Shown here piece by piece: positions 13,401 through 26,155 of a stretch of 64,000 nt of DNA. Origin of the DNA: Hormiphora californensis (lineage: Eukaryota; Animalia; Ctenophora); the NCBI GenBank assembly GCA_020137815.1, contig CM035351.1, positions 9,858,001 through 9,922,000 of the forward strand, written 5' to 3'. The notes under the pieces are model-generated. The model did not search any database. It worked only from the letters and a program-made list of their open reading frames with translations, and was not told the DNA's origin. The translations under genes were made by a program, and so were the position numbers. Positions within the stretch are counted from its first letter, which is position 1. Every line of letters starts with the position of its first letter.

Positions 13401-14939
13401 TCCCCAACCATCCCGATCTGAAAGAAGTAGCAAACCGCAGGGCAAGAATCGCTACGGCCGGGGAATTCCACAAAACCACATCATAAGGGTCCCACTATTA
13501 AGGTAGGGCAGTTCTGGGCCATAACAAAGGGCCACCTCCGCCGTATGGCAAGTAATTACCCCGCAATAGTGCAACCCCTGGGAGCTGATAATTTGCCAAA
13601 TGCTCACCAGAAGTTTACATAAGCGTTTTCATGCTTATCTGTGCTTGCTAAGAAATTAGCTGTCCGGACCCCCAGGTTGCATGCTGATAAGTACTGCTAG
13701 CGGTTTTGACCAAAGACCTGAGGTGTGATAAGATATTTCAGCCGTCACCGATTAGATGGTGAACCCACGGTATTGTCATATCCGGCAACCCACCTACCTC
13801 TACAGCTCCCTGGAGCAGTAGTAACCAAAGACCAGTCTGTGAGACAGGTAAATTCCATCCATTGTCCTGACAATATAGGTATGTCAGTCTAATATTAGAT
13901 TCACTGTATCAAATACTCTTCTTGTGATGCCGGCGAAGGTTCGAGGGAAATGTTGAGCTTGCTCAACAAAATACCAGGACCCAAACCGGAACAACATCAA
14001 CATTATCCCTACGTGTGGGGGACGGTGGCGAAGAGTGATATTAATATAGGTTGTCTGCCGACCATTGTGGGGCAGTAAAGTGGGAGGAATGACGGGCGGT
14101 GCAAAACACACACACACACACACACTCACTCTCCCTCTTTCTCTCACTAATTACCCCCTTATCATGTTTTGTTGTTCACTATTTCCAAGAATTCCAATCT
14201 CCCTCTCTCGTATCTCTCTCTTTATCCCTCTCTTTATTCTATTGTTAAAACGTGCCAAAACTTGTTCCCTTGCGTGTGACGCTCCAGTTGCAGATTGGAG
14301 GCTGGCTCCAGTTTCTGGCGCCAGCCTCCAGTCTGCAACTGGCGCAAGCTGGGAGAGTCCCTGTGCGCGCCAAATCTTCGTTGACTAGCAGGGTTTTCGA
14401 TGTGAATTGCATGTAAAGTAGCGCGCGCGGCAGTGTCAGCAGTGTCAGCAGGGGCCTGCTTCATTGTAACTAACGTCAGTCGCAAAATCTCTAACTGGAC
14501 CCTAAGAGTTGCAGTAGTGTCTGTTAGTATTTTTGAGTGTGTTTTGCTTAGTTTGTGCTTTGTTTTGTCACATCTCTCTGTGTGTAATCACCCAATATTA
14601 TGATAGTTTTGCTTGTCATGTGTTTTCTCGCGGAATATATACTCAATAACGTCCTGCACGGCATGTGCAAGCGCTCCTATATCGCACTCGTTTCACTCGT
14701 GATGGTGAAGTTGGCACCGGTGAAGTATAAGTTTAAGACCTTCCAAGTCCAGGAAGTGTTGGTTTTTTATTGTGAAAAAGTTAAAACTGGAAATTTATAA
14801 AAACATAGAGAGCTCATAGGGCTCCGCCAACAGGGTAGAAAACCCGCGGTTAAAGGCGGCACCCTTAACACACACCTTTTTAAAGTCTATAGAAATTGTT
14901 TGTAGAAGGTAAATAGTAAAAACATGCAATTACACAGTC

Positions 14940-16450
14940 CATGAGAATAAATTGCTGTTGGAGGAGAGGATGATTTGGTGCGACTGTGCAACGTTTACAG
15001 GCCACCTTACAACGGTAAAGCAAGGTTTACTGAGGCTAACTTTCTTGATGAGTTCAATGATTACCTCTCTAACCTTTTGATGAAAAATGGAAGTCCATCG
15101 ATTATGGGTGATTTCAACTTTCAAGTACAAGACTTCAGGAACTTCTCCACAAAGAAACTCCTTAACCTTCTGGACTCGTTTGATTTTGTCCAGAATGTGC
15201 CGCTGTTGCCTACTCATCTTCAAGGAGGAACTCTGGATTTAGTTTTCTGTCAGCGTGTTATGGCCAGTAAGTTGGGGAACCTGAGGATATTTCCAGATGG
15301 TACGATGTCGGATCACTATCTGGTAATGGTGGATGTTAAGTTGGCTTCTGAAGGAAGATATGTTTCCCGAGAGAGGATGAGTGTCTACCATGATTTTAAG
15401 GCTGTAGATGTAGAGGTCTTCCGGAGTGGGCTGAGGGATATGTGTTTGGAAATTCCAGATGACGTAACACTGTTAAGGTGGTCTTGTATGATAATGTGTG
15501 GGTGAGTAGGTTTACTGTTTTGTATAACACTTGAGAACTACAGTATATATTGCAAGGCAATGTTAACTTGCAATCAGTGATCTGATGGGTATCTTCCGAT
15601 TCAAGGGGTGATGGGTCAGATATCAATGGGATCGTTCTCGGGTCCTTCCGTACTATGGTGTGAGTCGGGTGAAGAGTCTGGTGGTAAGTGAGTCCAAGTG
15701 AGTCTCAGTGCGTGTCAGTGAGTGTCCTCTCCGCTTCGTATCCTCCTTTAAGTATTGCACCGATTCTCCTCGGTAGACATAACAATTGGTTGTTATCTGA
15801 CGCATGTGTAATAGGAATTTTGCTTTACGTCAGGTGTCCTCACGTCTCTCGGTATCCATCCAGCGTAGGTAAACAATCTAGAATCCCCGGAAAGCTTGAC
15901 GTCAGGTGTCCTCACGTCTCTCGGTATCTATCCAGCGAAGGTAAACAATCTAGAATCCCCGGAAAGCTATCCAAGATGAAGTAATGAAATATGTGGATAT
16001 AACAACACCAGAACAGGCTTTGTATCTGTATGATAGAGCTTTGAAGGAGGCTGTAGATAGATTTGTCCCGACCAGACGGAGGAAATCGGTGAAGAACTTC
16101 AGGCCTTGGAGAGAGAGACAGGATGTTCGGGACACCCTGCGGGAGAGAAGAAAAGCGGAGAGGGCTTGGGAGAAGAATAAAACAGGACTAACGAAAGCAC
16201 GGTACATGGAACTCCAACGACAGTTTGAGAGGATTGACAAGGAGGCAAGAATGGAGTATGTAAAGAAGAAGCTTGAAGATGTGAAGGATGACCCTGCTGG
16301 ACTTCAGAAAATGTTGGCTCGACTACTGGGGAAGAAAGAGACTCTTCTACCGGGTGGACTGTCTGTCAAGAAACTAGCTGATAACTTTGCACAGTTTTTC
16401 TCTGGAAAGATTGATAAAATACGGTCTACTGTTAGTGACATTGACACCTA
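14940..16450 (+). mobile_element. L2-like LINE ORF2 fragment (APE and linker), split by a solo LTR
   Basis: VYRPP, MGDFNF, PTHLQGGTLDLV, SDHYLV, RPW, FAQFFSGKIDKIR. Frame DDVT|PEQ rejoins across the LTR. Confidence 0.9.
15471..16004 (-). mobile_element. Solo LTR with 4-bp TSD (ACAC), related to the LTR at 62181
   Basis: Termini TGTTAAGGTGG...GATATAACA; ACAC on both sides; shares GTGTGGGTGAGTA..GTTTACTG with 62738-62760; internal duplication of about 66 bp. Confidence 0.85.
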
Positions 16451-18030
16451 GTCCGTGCGAGATCGAGGTCGCACATAAGTGTCCGCTCCGCCCCCTAAAA
16501 AAGGGTCGTGTCTTTCAAGCCAAATTGCACGTGATCCACTGGACCGATTTGCATCCGGTTTGTCGCAAAAGACTATGAAGGCTTTAGGACTGTAACTCAC
16601 CTGGACAGTAACTCGAAAGTGAGTTATTGTCCGAAAATTGGCGTCGACATTTTTTTTTCTGGTGACTTTCTGTCCGTATTATTTTCGACTTTTTGCTAGG
16701 ACAAAAAGTCGATAGCTAGGACAAAATCTCGAAATTTAAACTCACCTAGGTGAGTTATGCGGACACTAACTCGAATTTTGTTTCGAGTTGGGGGACAGAA
16801 ACTCACTTGCTAAAACTACGAAAATGTCGAAAATTCTGGTGATATTTTCATTTTCCATGGCAGGTGAGTTTCTGTCCGGCCAATGAAATATGTTTCCAAA
16901 CAGAATTTTTGAGTTTTTTTGTTCTAGCTATCATTATTACAAGTGAAACAAGTTGTGTGGTTGACATAAATACACTGTAAAACCCATATCCCATCCCTTT
17001 CTATATCTCCCTTCATCTCTCTCTTTCCCTCTCTATCTCTAGCTCCCTTCCTCTCTCTTTCTCTCTCTCTCTTTCACTCTCTCACTCTCGCTCTCTCGGT
17101 CCACTACACGCACCACTCCCACATGGGGCCGTGAGGCCCCATGCGAGAGCAGGGTTAAATCCCCCGGACCCGGATCCTGTTGGATCTGAGGGCCCGGAGG
17201 GCCTGCGGAGTAAAGGTAGGGTAGGTAGAACAATGTACATACGGGTAAATTTAACAATGTACATATGGGTTAAGGAAAGGGGATGATTTTAAAAAGGGGG
17301 AAGTAAAGTGGGATTAAAGCTCATGGTGACGGAGCACAAGACCTCCTAAACTATCTGCAAAGAAGCCCAATCTGCTACAATGAATTCTAAGAAGAGACAA
17401 CTTATCAGGAACTGAAGAAGCAAACCGTCTGAATCTAAGGCAGCCTAAAACAAGCAGGAACGGGTTCGAGCGAAAAATAAAATAACACAAATGGATGATG
17501 ATTACATGTCGAGCCAGAGAGGACAGCCAGCCCGTTCCAGAGAAGCCAGCTGACTCCGTTCCAGAGAAGACAGCCGACCCCGTTCCAGAGAAGCCAGCTG
17601 ACCCCGTTCCAGAGAAGCCAGCTGACCCCGTTCCAGAAAAGTCAGCTGACCCCGATCCAGAGAAGCCAGCTGACCCCGTTCCAGAGAAGACAGCCACCCC
17701 GTTCCAGAGAAGACAGCTGACCCCGTTCCAGTAAGGACAGCTGACCCCGTTCCAGTAAAGACAGCTGACCCCGTTCCAGTAAAGACAGCTGACCCCGCTC
17801 CAGAAAAGACAGCCACCCCGTTCCAGAGAAGACAGCCACCCCGTTCCAGAGAGGACAGCTGACCCCGTTCCAGTAAGGACAGCTGACCCCGTTCCAGTAA
17901 AGACAGCTGACCCCGCTCCAGAAAGGACAGCTGACCCCGTTCCAGTAAAGACAGCTGACCCCGTTCCAGAGAGGACAGCCACCCCGCTCCAGAGAGGACG
18001 GCTGACCCCGCTCCAGTAAGGACAGCTGAC

Positions 18031-18080
<50 letters not shown>

Positions 18081-19222
18081 TTCCCTCTCTCCGTGCTGCT
18101 ATTCAGAAACCTAGAAAATCCAAAATCCGTCAACAGAGAAGATGATGAGGAGTCACAGCTAATATTATAGGATCGGACTGGACTCAGTAGAGAGAAGTCT
18201 TGAGTCGTAGCTGCATAGTGGGTATGGTGTCGATAAGGAGAAAGGATCCACAATCAGTAGGTCTTGCTGTGATAAATTGTCGAGGATACGTGGGTAGCTA
18301 GGCTGGTCGGGAACAGATCGGAGAGGAGAAAAACCACTGCAAGTGATGAACAGCTCTCGTTGTCTCTCCATCTCTCTTCCTCTCTCTTCGTCTCTCCATC
18401 TCTCTTCCTCTCTCTCTTTGAATGGTGTGATAGATTATCGAGTGAAGGATAGGTGAGTCACTGAGTAGGAGAGCAGCTGCAGTCTGCAGCTAGGCTGGTT
18501 GGGAACAGATTGGAGAGGAGATGTAGACCACTGCAGCAGGTGATGAACGATGACTCATTGGATGAGAGATCCGAGATCCATGACGTTCAAGGCGTTCGGG
18601 AATTCCACCCGCCTTAAGTCAAAGTAAGTCAATGACGGGAAGTGAGCCCCGGAGCTAGAGAGACAAAGAGAAGCAGAGCTCAACCAATGTATGAGTGAAC
18701 AACGAGAACTGAACTAGCCCGCCCTTTCTCCCCTCTCTCTCTGTCAGGATCTCTCTACAACTTTGCATCCCTCTCTCTGCCAACGACGCCGCCATGTCTT
18801 CCCGCCTTTTTCTCTCTGTACATGAAGTGAGTTCTAGTCCGGACAGAAAATCGAAATTCGCTAATTAAGCGGACAAAAACTCACATATTTTCCCGCCCTT
18901 TCCCTGTCACCCTTGTTCCCCCTCTCTACCGAAAGTGAGTTGTAGTCCGAATTTGTGAGTTTAGAGGGCGGACAAAAAGTCGAATTTCGACATTTTTAGC
19001 GGACAGAAACTCACCTTGACCCCCACAACTCGAACAGGTGAGTTAGTGTCCGCCCGGACTCTAACTCACCGTAAATAGTGCTAAACAGTGGGGCGGACAG
19101 AGAGTCACCTGATCCGGACTGTAACTCACCTAAATTCGACATTTTCAAAAGTGAGTTAAAGTCCGAAATTTTCGAGTTCGAGTTCGAGTTATCGTCCGTT
19201 CGAGTTTCTGTCCGGTACCCAC
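16450..19222. mobile_element. Large DNA element with GGAC(N)nACTCAC subterminal repeats at both ends; probably Mutator/foldback type
   Basis: Dense gtgagtt..gtcc / ggac..aactcac motifs at 16580-16880 and 18820-19215; truncates the L2 fragment; left TIR not seen. Confidence 0.5.
17515..18030 (+). repeat. 24-bp minisatellite
   Basis: Variants of CCAGAGAAGCCAGCTGACCCCGTT, about 21 copies. Confidence 0.9.
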
Positions 19223-19369
19223 TATAAATTGGTCCTAGTTTACTGGAAAATACCCGAGAAGTTTGTCTGTCAACAGGAAGTGGGTCAAAATTGACACTGA
19301 AGTCAAATCTATAATTTGGCTTCCGAGCCTTTTTGCACCTATATATATATATATATATTATATATATAT

Positions 19370-21050
19370 ACCTCGACCAAAACGCGGAGTTTTTACGTCA
19401 GCCGACCCGAAACCGGATTAAATTTGGGCACCCGCTGGTCTAAGGGTCTCCAAATACGTCAAAATATGTTTAAATTATCATTTGGGATCATGCAGACCTT
19501 TTAATTACATGTAATTACCCTTTAATTACATGAAATTACATTTTAATTACATGTAATTACTTCCAATTACATTCCAATTACTTCAGCACCTCGAGAGCTT
19601 TCGAACGCACCCTAGAACACCTTTATACTCCTTCTAATTGCCGAGTTCTGTATACCCCTTATTTTGACTGTTTTTCGCGTCCTACCCCTTATAGGTTTAG
19701 GTATGGCCATCACCACACCCCCTATACGTCGCGGGACCTCGAGACCTTTCCAACGAGCCATAGAACACCTCTCTACTACTTCAGGGGGCTTCAAAACTTT
19801 CACTCTAAAAATATCTATGGTTTTATGGTTTTATGGTTATGGTTACCTCGACCAAAACGCGGAGTTTTTACGTCAGCCGACCCGAAACCGGATTAAATTT
19901 TGCCACCCGCTGGTCTCAGGGCCTCCAAATATATGTCAAAATATGTCTGAATTGTCATTTGGGGTCATTTAGACCTTTTAATTACATGTAATTACCCTTT
20001 AATTACATGTAATTACATTTTAATTACATGTAATTACTTCCAATTACATTCCAATTACATTCAGCACCTCGAGAGCTTTCGAACGCACCCTAGAACACCT
20101 TTCTACTCCTTCTAATTGCCGAGTTCTGTATACCCCTTATTTTGACTGTTTTTCGCGTCCTACCCCTTATAGGTTTGGGTATGGCCATCGCCACACCCGC
20201 TATACGTCGCGGGACCTCGAGACCTTTCCAACGAGCCATAGAACACCTCTCTACTACTTCAGGGGGCTTCAAAACTTTCACTCTAAAAATATCTATGGTT
20301 ATGGTTTTATGGTTATCAGCCGACCCGAAACCGGATTAAATTTGGCCACCCGCTGGTCTCAGGGCCTCCAAATATGTCAAAATATGTTTAAATTTTCATT
20401 TCGGGTCATTTAGACCTTTTAATTACATGTAATTACCCTTTAATTACATGTAATTACATTTTAATTACATGTAATTACTTCCAATTACATTCCAATTACT
20501 TTAGCACCTCGAGAGCTTTCGAACGCACCCTAGAACACCTTTCTACTCCTTCTAATTGCCGAGTTCTGTATACCCCTTATTTTGACTGTTTTTCGCGTCC
20601 TACCCCTTATAGGTTTGGGTATGGTCATCGCCGCACCCCCTATACGTCGCGGGACCTCGAGACCTTTCCAACGAACCATAGAACACCTCTCTACTACTTC
20701 AGGGGGCTTCAAAACTTTCACTCTAAAAATATCTATGGTTATGGTTTTATGGTTATGGTTTATGGTTTATGGTTTTTTTTCATCTGGTATTAAGGGCCTG
20801 TCGGCTCGGCCCCGTTGTTTTAGTTTTAGGGGGGATGTTTTAGGGGGGATGGATTGAGTTTGGGTTATATTCGGGTCGGGGGGCCTTGCCAGGCCCCGAA
20901 TGGTTTTATGGTTTTATGGTTTTTTTTCATCTGGTATTAAGGGCCTGTCGGCTCGGCCCCGTTGTTTTAGTTTTAGGGGGGATGTTTTAGGGGGGATGGG
21001 TTGAGTTTGGGTTATATTCGGGTCGGGGGGCCTTACCAGGCCCCGAATAT
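19370..21050. repeat. Tandem array of 440-480-bp units (3 copies) plus a duplication of about 145 bp
   Basis: Near-identical ORFs recur at 19612, 20090 and 20530; AATTACAT and TTATGG sub-arrays. Confidence 0.85.
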
Positions 21051-21429
21051 ATATGTAAACGTGTATAAAATCGACCAAACTTGATATAGACGCCAATATC
21101 TCAGCAACCATTCTACATACAGGAGTTTGTAAATATTTGTGAGAAGCTCCTTCGTCTGGTCTTGAATATGAACTAAAATTTACAAGTTTTTATACTAAGA
21201 TGGGGCTTCCATGACCAATTATATGAGCAGCAAACTAAAAATTATCCAGTATACCAGTGACATTCTACACCATTTCAACACCTTTCATACAGTAGGGCAA
21301 TGGATCTCTCTTCTCTCTCTTTCTCCCAGGGGGATGGTCGTGGGAACCTCACCCGCACTAAATTCAGTTATCCCAGGAAAGAAAGGCACTAATTAGCCAA
21401 CTGAGAATGGCATTCAAGATAAAACTGTG

Positions 21430-21935
21430 CAGGAGTGATTCATAAGACCCATTTCTACTATTTTAGATGATAATAGGACATAATTAATTTTATATGCTAA
21501 CCTGAAGAATACCTTTAAGAACTGGATGGTACAGCATTGGCTCAAATGTAACGAGAGTAAGACTGAGTTTGTTCTCCTTGGAAAATCAAGCTCTCTTGAG
21601 AAGCTGGTATTTGATCCGGAAATAAGGTTTGGTGACACAGTGTTGCAGCCTATGGAATGCAGAGGAAGGACAGGGAAGACCCAAGGAGTACTTCTGGATG
21701 AGCATCTTACCTTGGAGAGGCAGGTGAACAATGTTAAGAAACAATGTGGACTGCAACTCAAGAACCTATGGCAACTCAACAAGTGTTTGGACAATAGTAC
21801 ACGGATTCTTCTTGTGAAGCAATTGGTCATATCAAAGATAGACTACTGCAATATCCTCTACTTTGGACTCCCAAAAAGGATTCTTAACAATCTTCAAAAG
21901 GTTCTAAACTCATGCGTACGGTTCATTTGTTGGCT
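21430..21935 (+). mobile_element. L2-like RT C-terminal fragment
   Basis: WMVQHWLKCNESKTEFVLLG, GVLLDEHLT, LVISKIDYCNILYFGLP...LQKVLNSCVRFI. Confidence 0.9.
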
Positions 21936-22347
21936 TTGTTCCCTTTAGTTAATAAAGTCTGTAATTTTTCATATCATCAGTTTTTTTTGAGCGTAATGTG
22001 ACCAGTTATCTTATTAGTATATCCTGAACTAGGATTGAGTTTTTTCCCAAAGTTTGTAAGAATATAAGGACTTTTTCGCGTGAGGTATACCGCTCTGAAG
22101 CTCGTCAGTGTCAGGTACAGTTTTACTGATCTGGCCCTGTCGTGTCTGTGGCGGTATACAAAACTTAATATCATTATTATTATTATTAATTTAGACAAAG
22201 TTGTTTTTTCGAGTCACAGGATCTTTAAAAACAACATGGAACGGACAACCCTAAGCTCTACCATGGCCCAATTAAGTTGACACGAGTTATGCCGTTCAAA
22301 ATACACAGGAGCTTCTTTAACAGTACCCAAAGAGAGATTCATCTTAC

Positions 22348-22491
22348 CTGCATATCATATAATCGCACATGGCGGTTATCAAATGGCACAGCCAGTGTGT
22401 GATGGGTATTTTCCGATACAGCTAGTCGATTGACACTCGCATCACAATGGATTGTTGTTATTGGTGTTCTCATATTCCTCAAATCCCAAAC
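22348..22491 (-). CDS. WDR37: WDR37-like exon (WD40)
   Basis: atcag acceptor and gtaaga donor; 144 bp, phase 0 to 0. Encodes VWDLRNMRTPITTIHCDASVNRLAVSENTHHTLAVPFDNRHVRLYDMQ. Confidence 0.93.
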
Positions 22492-23115
22492 CTGATTGAT
22501 GGGAGTTTTTGGTAGTTATTTTTTGGAAAACATTTACAACCAGTGCCCATTACTATTATCATATTTTGGGGCTCTGAATTCAGAGAGGGAGGATTCTGTG
22601 TCTCGAAAGTAACCTCTCTGGGAAAATGGTTCAGTGAAGTGAAACTCGGTAGTCGGGACGAGCTATCTCCGTCCATGGCCAACACCTCTCCAACATGATA
22701 CCTCCACGCTCGGTCCCTCCTGGAAACGTACTGGGTGACTGTACGGCTAAGCTCGGGCGGGCGAAGGGAACAGTTTGGACCCCTGGGATCAGCAACATCC
22801 AGTCAATTCGTGAACTGATCCCAAATCCTTCCTGTATTTCAACCAACTCTTTAGAGTGGGTTAACTAAGAGTTTTTACCTTTTGGTGGAGTCTATATAGT
22901 TTTTGAGTAGAACCGTTTGTGCCATTTGCGCCTTTTCGTCGCATGAACGAATCTTTAAATGGATTCTCGAATAATTTACATAATAGAGGCCCCTACAGCA
23001 TCTTCTCACATGTTTAAACGGCTCTAACTAGATAACTACAAAAGATAGAAACTATATCAAAGTTGAGACTGCACATTTGGACGATTCTCTGTCCACACAA
23101 GAAGTTTCAAAGCCC

Positions 23116-24056
23116 CAGCCCTTCATATTAGGTTGTCCAGTAAAGATTTTCGTTTGGCTTTTATAGGAAAATGGTTTGAGATAAAGCAAAATGGACTTCA
23201 CCACCGATTTTCTCACGCGATTTTGGATCGGAATAGCATGCCTGATATCGGTATATTGGCTGTTCTCGGTTCCCACCAGGCTATTTTCTCTACCCCACTC
23301 TTGTTACTGCTGTTTGGGGTTACCAAAGTTTTTTAAACGCTGCCCTAAGAAAACTGGTACAGTCTTTTTAGCTCCTATGGTGCTTAATCGATAGCAAATC
23401 GTCTGAGGATAAAATATATATGCGATTTGGGTCTCTACGCGTTCGCTAGTAACCACTAGAACAGTGAATGTAACATAAAAAGCGAAAAATATACATAAAA
23501 ACTGGCCCGTTTTGGGGTACATGTTCGAAAACGCCAATTATTCACTTTAAAAGTCAACCAATCAAATAATTGGCTTTACTATGCCTTAGAACTTACTTAG
23601 AACTATCTTTTACTGTAAAGTTTTTGATTATAAGCCAATCCTGGTGAGACCCGGAAGTGAAAGTTTCTCATTTTTATCAAACTTTTTTGGATGCCCATTG
23701 CTTAGTGTCAAATTAAAGATAAGATGATTTATTACATCTTGAACGGTAGGCAATTGTCCAATAAACAAGTTTGATGCAACAAGACATCACTCCGGTACCA
23801 TTTTCAAGAAGTACAGCAGCTTTAGTACTAAAACTCGAAAATCGCGAAGTAACCCCGTACAGCAGCAACAAGAGTGGGGTAGAGAAAATAGCCTGGTGGG
23901 AACCGAGAACAGCCAAATACCGATATCAGGCATGATATTCCGATCCAAAATCGCTTGAGAAAAAGCGTGGTGAAATCCATTTTGCTCTATCTCAAGACAG
24001 TTTCCTGATAAAAGCGAAACGAAAATCTTTACTGGACAACCTAATATAAGGGCTGT
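23116..24056. mobile_element. Mariner-like TIR element with arms of about 195 bp and a probable nested insert
   Basis: ATATTAGGTTGTCCAGTAAAG and its reverse complement at 24027-24047. Confidence 0.7.
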
Positions 24057-24207
24057 ATTCAAGTCCTGCTTTTTGTCACTTCAAAACGTCTTTTTGACTG
24101 TTTTTCGGTCATAACACTTTTGGATATGCATTGGTTAACTTAAAACCGGTTTCAAGATGATCCAAACACTCCTTCCGTGGGCACGACGCCGCACCAATAG
24201 TGGTCCT

Positions 24208-24251
24208 GACTTTCAGGCTTTTCAGCACTGCTTGAAATAAATTAATTTGAG
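24208..24251 (+). other. Diverged spliced-leader-like sequence at the LINE 5' end
   Basis: GACTTTCAGGCTTTTCAGCACTGCTTGAAATAAATTAATTTGAG aligns without gaps to 47399-47442. It has 7/44 mismatches to the ctenophore SL as I recall it and is followed by GT. Confidence 0.7.
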
Positions 24252-24347
24252 GTCTATGACCTCGAATTAAAAGACTTCCCTAGCTATGGCTTTTTAGCAA
24301 GGGTTCCTGCATGACATCTATATATCCCTGCAACTCCAACCACCAAC

Positions 24348-26155
24348 ATGGATCGACACTTCCTTGAATCTTTATCCAACCTATCTGCAGCTCGATTGGA
24401 GTGTTTCTGAACATATAAAAAAGGAGCTCTGCAAGAGGAAGAAGGACACCACTAACACTGACCCTACGCAATTCATCACCTATGAGCCATTGGATCCATC
24501 GCATCCTATTCTCGCTCAGCGAATAATAGGATGCCGGCCCGTTGAGAGCAAGAACTCACGTGCGCGCGATATAAAGCACGTTTTCAGCAGATCGCGCGTG
24601 ATAGACCGTTTTTGGAGACCTTTTTAGCTGACCTAGCACTACTCAAAGGTCAATTATGGCCTCATTTCGCATCGTGATGAATCGGCGGGTATTTACCCAT
24701 ACTCACAAGGCCATGACGATTCCCCCAGTACCCGCAGATTGTCCCAGGACCGAGTAGGAGCTTGCAGCCAGGTCTTTAAAGAATTGCTCATGTTTAGCGT
24801 CAATTTTGACCCACTATTCCTCAAATGCTGATACTCGCGGGTATTTTCCGTGAAACTAGAGACAATTGTCTGCCAGGAGCAACAAACGAGATGCAAATCG
24901 GTTGAGTAGTTCCTTGCAGCCAGGTCTTTGAAAAAGTTTGCTCTAAAATCAATAACGCGCCGGAGGCCTAGATGTGAGATCGATCTCGGTGCTGTGAGCC
25001 ACACTTTCTAGACGAGACACAGAGGGAGTTACTGAGGGGGGAAGTCAGTCAGTTCAGCGCTGGGGGTCGCATCACTAACACCTGGATCACCCTTAGTGAT
25101 CGGAGCTACGGCTGGGGAAACGCCAACTTGAGTCCTTTGGATATGACTCTGTTTCCCTGTATCAAGAGAGCACTGGAGCAGTTCAGCAGGTAGTGACCAA
25201 CGCCCTGGCCTGGAATCTTGCCTGGTTACATACTATCCAAGCGGTCAGGGTGTTGGGTACCACAACGATTTTGAAAAAGCCCTGGATGCGAACTTGAGGG
25301 GTCACATCACATACATAAAAGGGAGAGAAAGAGGGAAAGAAAAAGAGAGGGATCACATCACAAGGTAGCTCGCTTAGCTACCTGGTCTATCACTAGGACT
25401 TTGTGGGGGAGAGAGAGAGAGAGACAGAAAGATAGAGATAGCAGATAGAGAGATACATAGCGACAGACAGACAGAGTGAGGCAGAGAGGAAAAGATAGAA
25501 ACAGGTCCCTCGATTTGCGATCGGTACGATCGCCCCAGTTTTGCTAGTACTGACTAAACAGGAGTTCTCCCAACATAACAAAAATATCTCAGTGATGGGT
25601 GGGTCGATTTTGAGAGGCAAAAACGCAAAATACTCAGAAAGCTAATCTCTACTACCTACAACAAACTTGTCCAATTCTGATTCGGTCCAGTCTCACTTTA
25701 AGGGATACAGCGCCGACCTACGGGAAGCTGCAGATTATTCTTTGTTACCAGTGGATGGCTCCATGTATACCATGAAAGCTGGGTGCCAGGAAGCCTTTAA
25801 GCACAGAGTACTAAAGTGTAATAAGATCAGGGGATCTCTTGGAAAATTTGCTCTGTCCTTCAGGAGGGTAGACTCTGCAACAACTACTGATCTGGTACCA
25901 CCATCCCAACATCCTACTCAACCTGAGACAGAACATAGGTTAACCCCTCTCCCTCCCCAGGAAAGGGAGGTCACTGTCCTGATAGGGACAAGTATGTCAA
26001 AGTGGATTCCATCCGGTCCTGGGTTTATAAACATGTCAACCTCGGGTGCTAGACTCATCTCCCCGCACCCAGACTGGAAAGGAGCTACTGCACTGGATCT
26101 GCTCCGTGACCTTAAGAACCGTGAGCCAGAATTGTCTATCGGCTACCTGATAGTA
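24348..26155 (+). pseudogene. LINE ORF1 remnant: AlkB-family 2OG-Fe(II) dioxygenase domain followed by SGNH/GDSL esterase
   Basis: AlkB motifs: YEPHFLDETQRELL, SCLVTYYPSGQGVGYHNDFE (HxD at 25261-25269), LATWSITRTLW, DGSMYTMKAGCQEAFKHRV, KFALSFRR. SGNH motifs: VLIGTSM and STSGAR. Contains stops, frameshifts and insertions. Confidence 0.8.
25288..25547 (+). mobile_element. 3' half of the same Helitron family inside the AlkB ORF
   Basis: Matches 29165-29548, including the hairpin and CTAG. Confidence 0.75.

Noticed and set aside
13884-14147. LPHNGRQ ORF as a WDR37 exon
   Set aside because: The true matching exon (VPFDNRHVRLYD) is at 22348-22491 and joins 11568 in phase.
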